Assembly (NCBI RefSeq): GCF_009914755.1
Contig: NC_060942.1
Origin: the human T2T-CHM13v2.0 reference genome, Homo sapiens
Length of the DNA: 64,000 bases
Strand: one strand, 5' to 3'
This document shows positions 62,763 through 64,000 of the stretch, one piece after another. The position numbers and the translations under genes were made by a program. A model generated the notes under the pieces. The model saw only the letters and a list, made by a program, of their open reading frames with translations, did no database searches and had not been told where the DNA came from. How positions within the stretch are numbered: the first letter of the stretch is position 1; each line of letters starts with the position of its first letter.

Positions 62763-64000
62763 GCATTCACTTTTTAGAGAATGTTGTTGATATTTTATTA
62801 GAAGTAAGTTCGTAACCAACAGCAACATTTCTTAATATCCACTTTCCTCCTTTCTACTGTTCAACAGTGTCCTCAGACTCACGCAATTGCTCCAAAGCCT
62901 TTCTGTTTACCCCTGACTCTCACATTCCCACCCAAACCCAACTCACTATTTGCTAAAAACCCAGAAGTGCTCTCTCGGCAGCTGTCCAAATTCTCTCCGT
63001 CTGTTCAGAATTGTGCTGCGATTCTGATCTTCTATTCACATCATTTTTTCTTCCACCAAATAAATGTGACTGGTGCTTCCTTCTCAGAAGCCTCATTTGG
63101 TGTTCCCAACACAGGAGGGAATGTGGAAAAATATAACAAGTTTCTAAATTCTGACGGCGTTTCTCAAGAAATTCAGCCTACTGCTTAAATTCTGCTCTAT
63201 AAAGGGTAATCCAAGAACTGGTCAGAAAGTATCCTTCTTACCTAAAAAGAAAGAAGGGCAAAAGGTAAGGATATAGGAAAAGCAAGAAATATTTTTATAT
63301 AAATAATTTTATTCTTGTTACATGACAAATCCTGCAACAGATGTTTGAATGAATAATTAGCACAGAGAATAAAATGACAAGTTGAGACAATGGGTGACTG
63401 ACCCTTTTAGGGGTATAAAATGAAATGGATGCAGGAGATATGGCAATAGGAATGGGAAGGTTCAGTCAAGACAGGATCAAGACCATGGGATAAAATATGG
63501 CAAAATAATTTGCGTACAACTTTTCCTCCAAATTTATTTCCGCCTCCTTCTTTTCTTTGTCTTTATTTTCAGTCCAATTTTGTTTTCTTATTCCTCTAAC
63601 TTTACCTCAATCCATGGATCTTATATAAATTAAAAACATAAAGAAGTTGTTAGATTTCAGAATGCTTTCTCTACTCCCTTCACCTCCCTTTATCAGTTTT
63701 TAATTAGAGCTTCTTACATCAAAGATGTTTCTAGAAAAAGAAAGAATAATTGCTTGATGGGCCCGGGTTTCCTGTCCTTCACACTTTGAGGTACACCCAC
63801 TCTTAATTAATGAAGTTAATTAATTTAATTTTGGCTCCACCAAAACATGATATCTTCTTGGCTACCAGACTTACCACCATTCTAATTAAGGTAGCAATTT
63901 TGTAGAAATTTCGGACTAAGTTTAGAATCTGGCTTCATTGAAGCTCCGAAGCCCTTCCTTTTCTCATACTGTGTTCTATGTATCTTTTCTATCTGGCTAT

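Noticed and set aside
62967-63188. 73-aa ORF as a coding exon
   Set aside because: GTG start, no recognisable homology and no convincing plus-strand splice sites.

Overview
AT-rich primate (human-like) intronic or intergenic DNA; well over half is decayed transposable element. It contains Alu J/S/Y, LINE-1 of many ages (L1PA, L1PB, L1MA/MC/ME), L2, MIR, MaLR and ERVL LTRs (THE1, MLT1, MLT2, LTR16, MER73-like) and DNA-transposon fossils (Tigger3, MER82, MER5A, MER103C). I found no intact protein-coding gene, RNA gene, CRISPR array or prokaryote-type system. Every long ORF in the track is a LINE-1 ORF1/ORF2 remnant, an Alu- or LTR-derived frame, or a chance frame. I could not identify the locus, and subfamily names come from my recall of consensus sequences, not from a RepeatMasker run. 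The most notable structures are: (1) a TSD-flanked ~6.1 kb L1 (30929-37005) that appears to be a chimera, with an older L1PA7-like shell around a younger L1PA4-like core carrying a twin-priming inversion; (2) local templated rearrangements, namely a 56-bp copy pasted 1.4 kb from its source, two fold-back quasi-palindromes and several tandem duplications; (3) an orphan L1 5'UTR; (4) a 9-kb nest of insertions inside one L1; (5) a few unverified plus-strand microexon-like splice signals.
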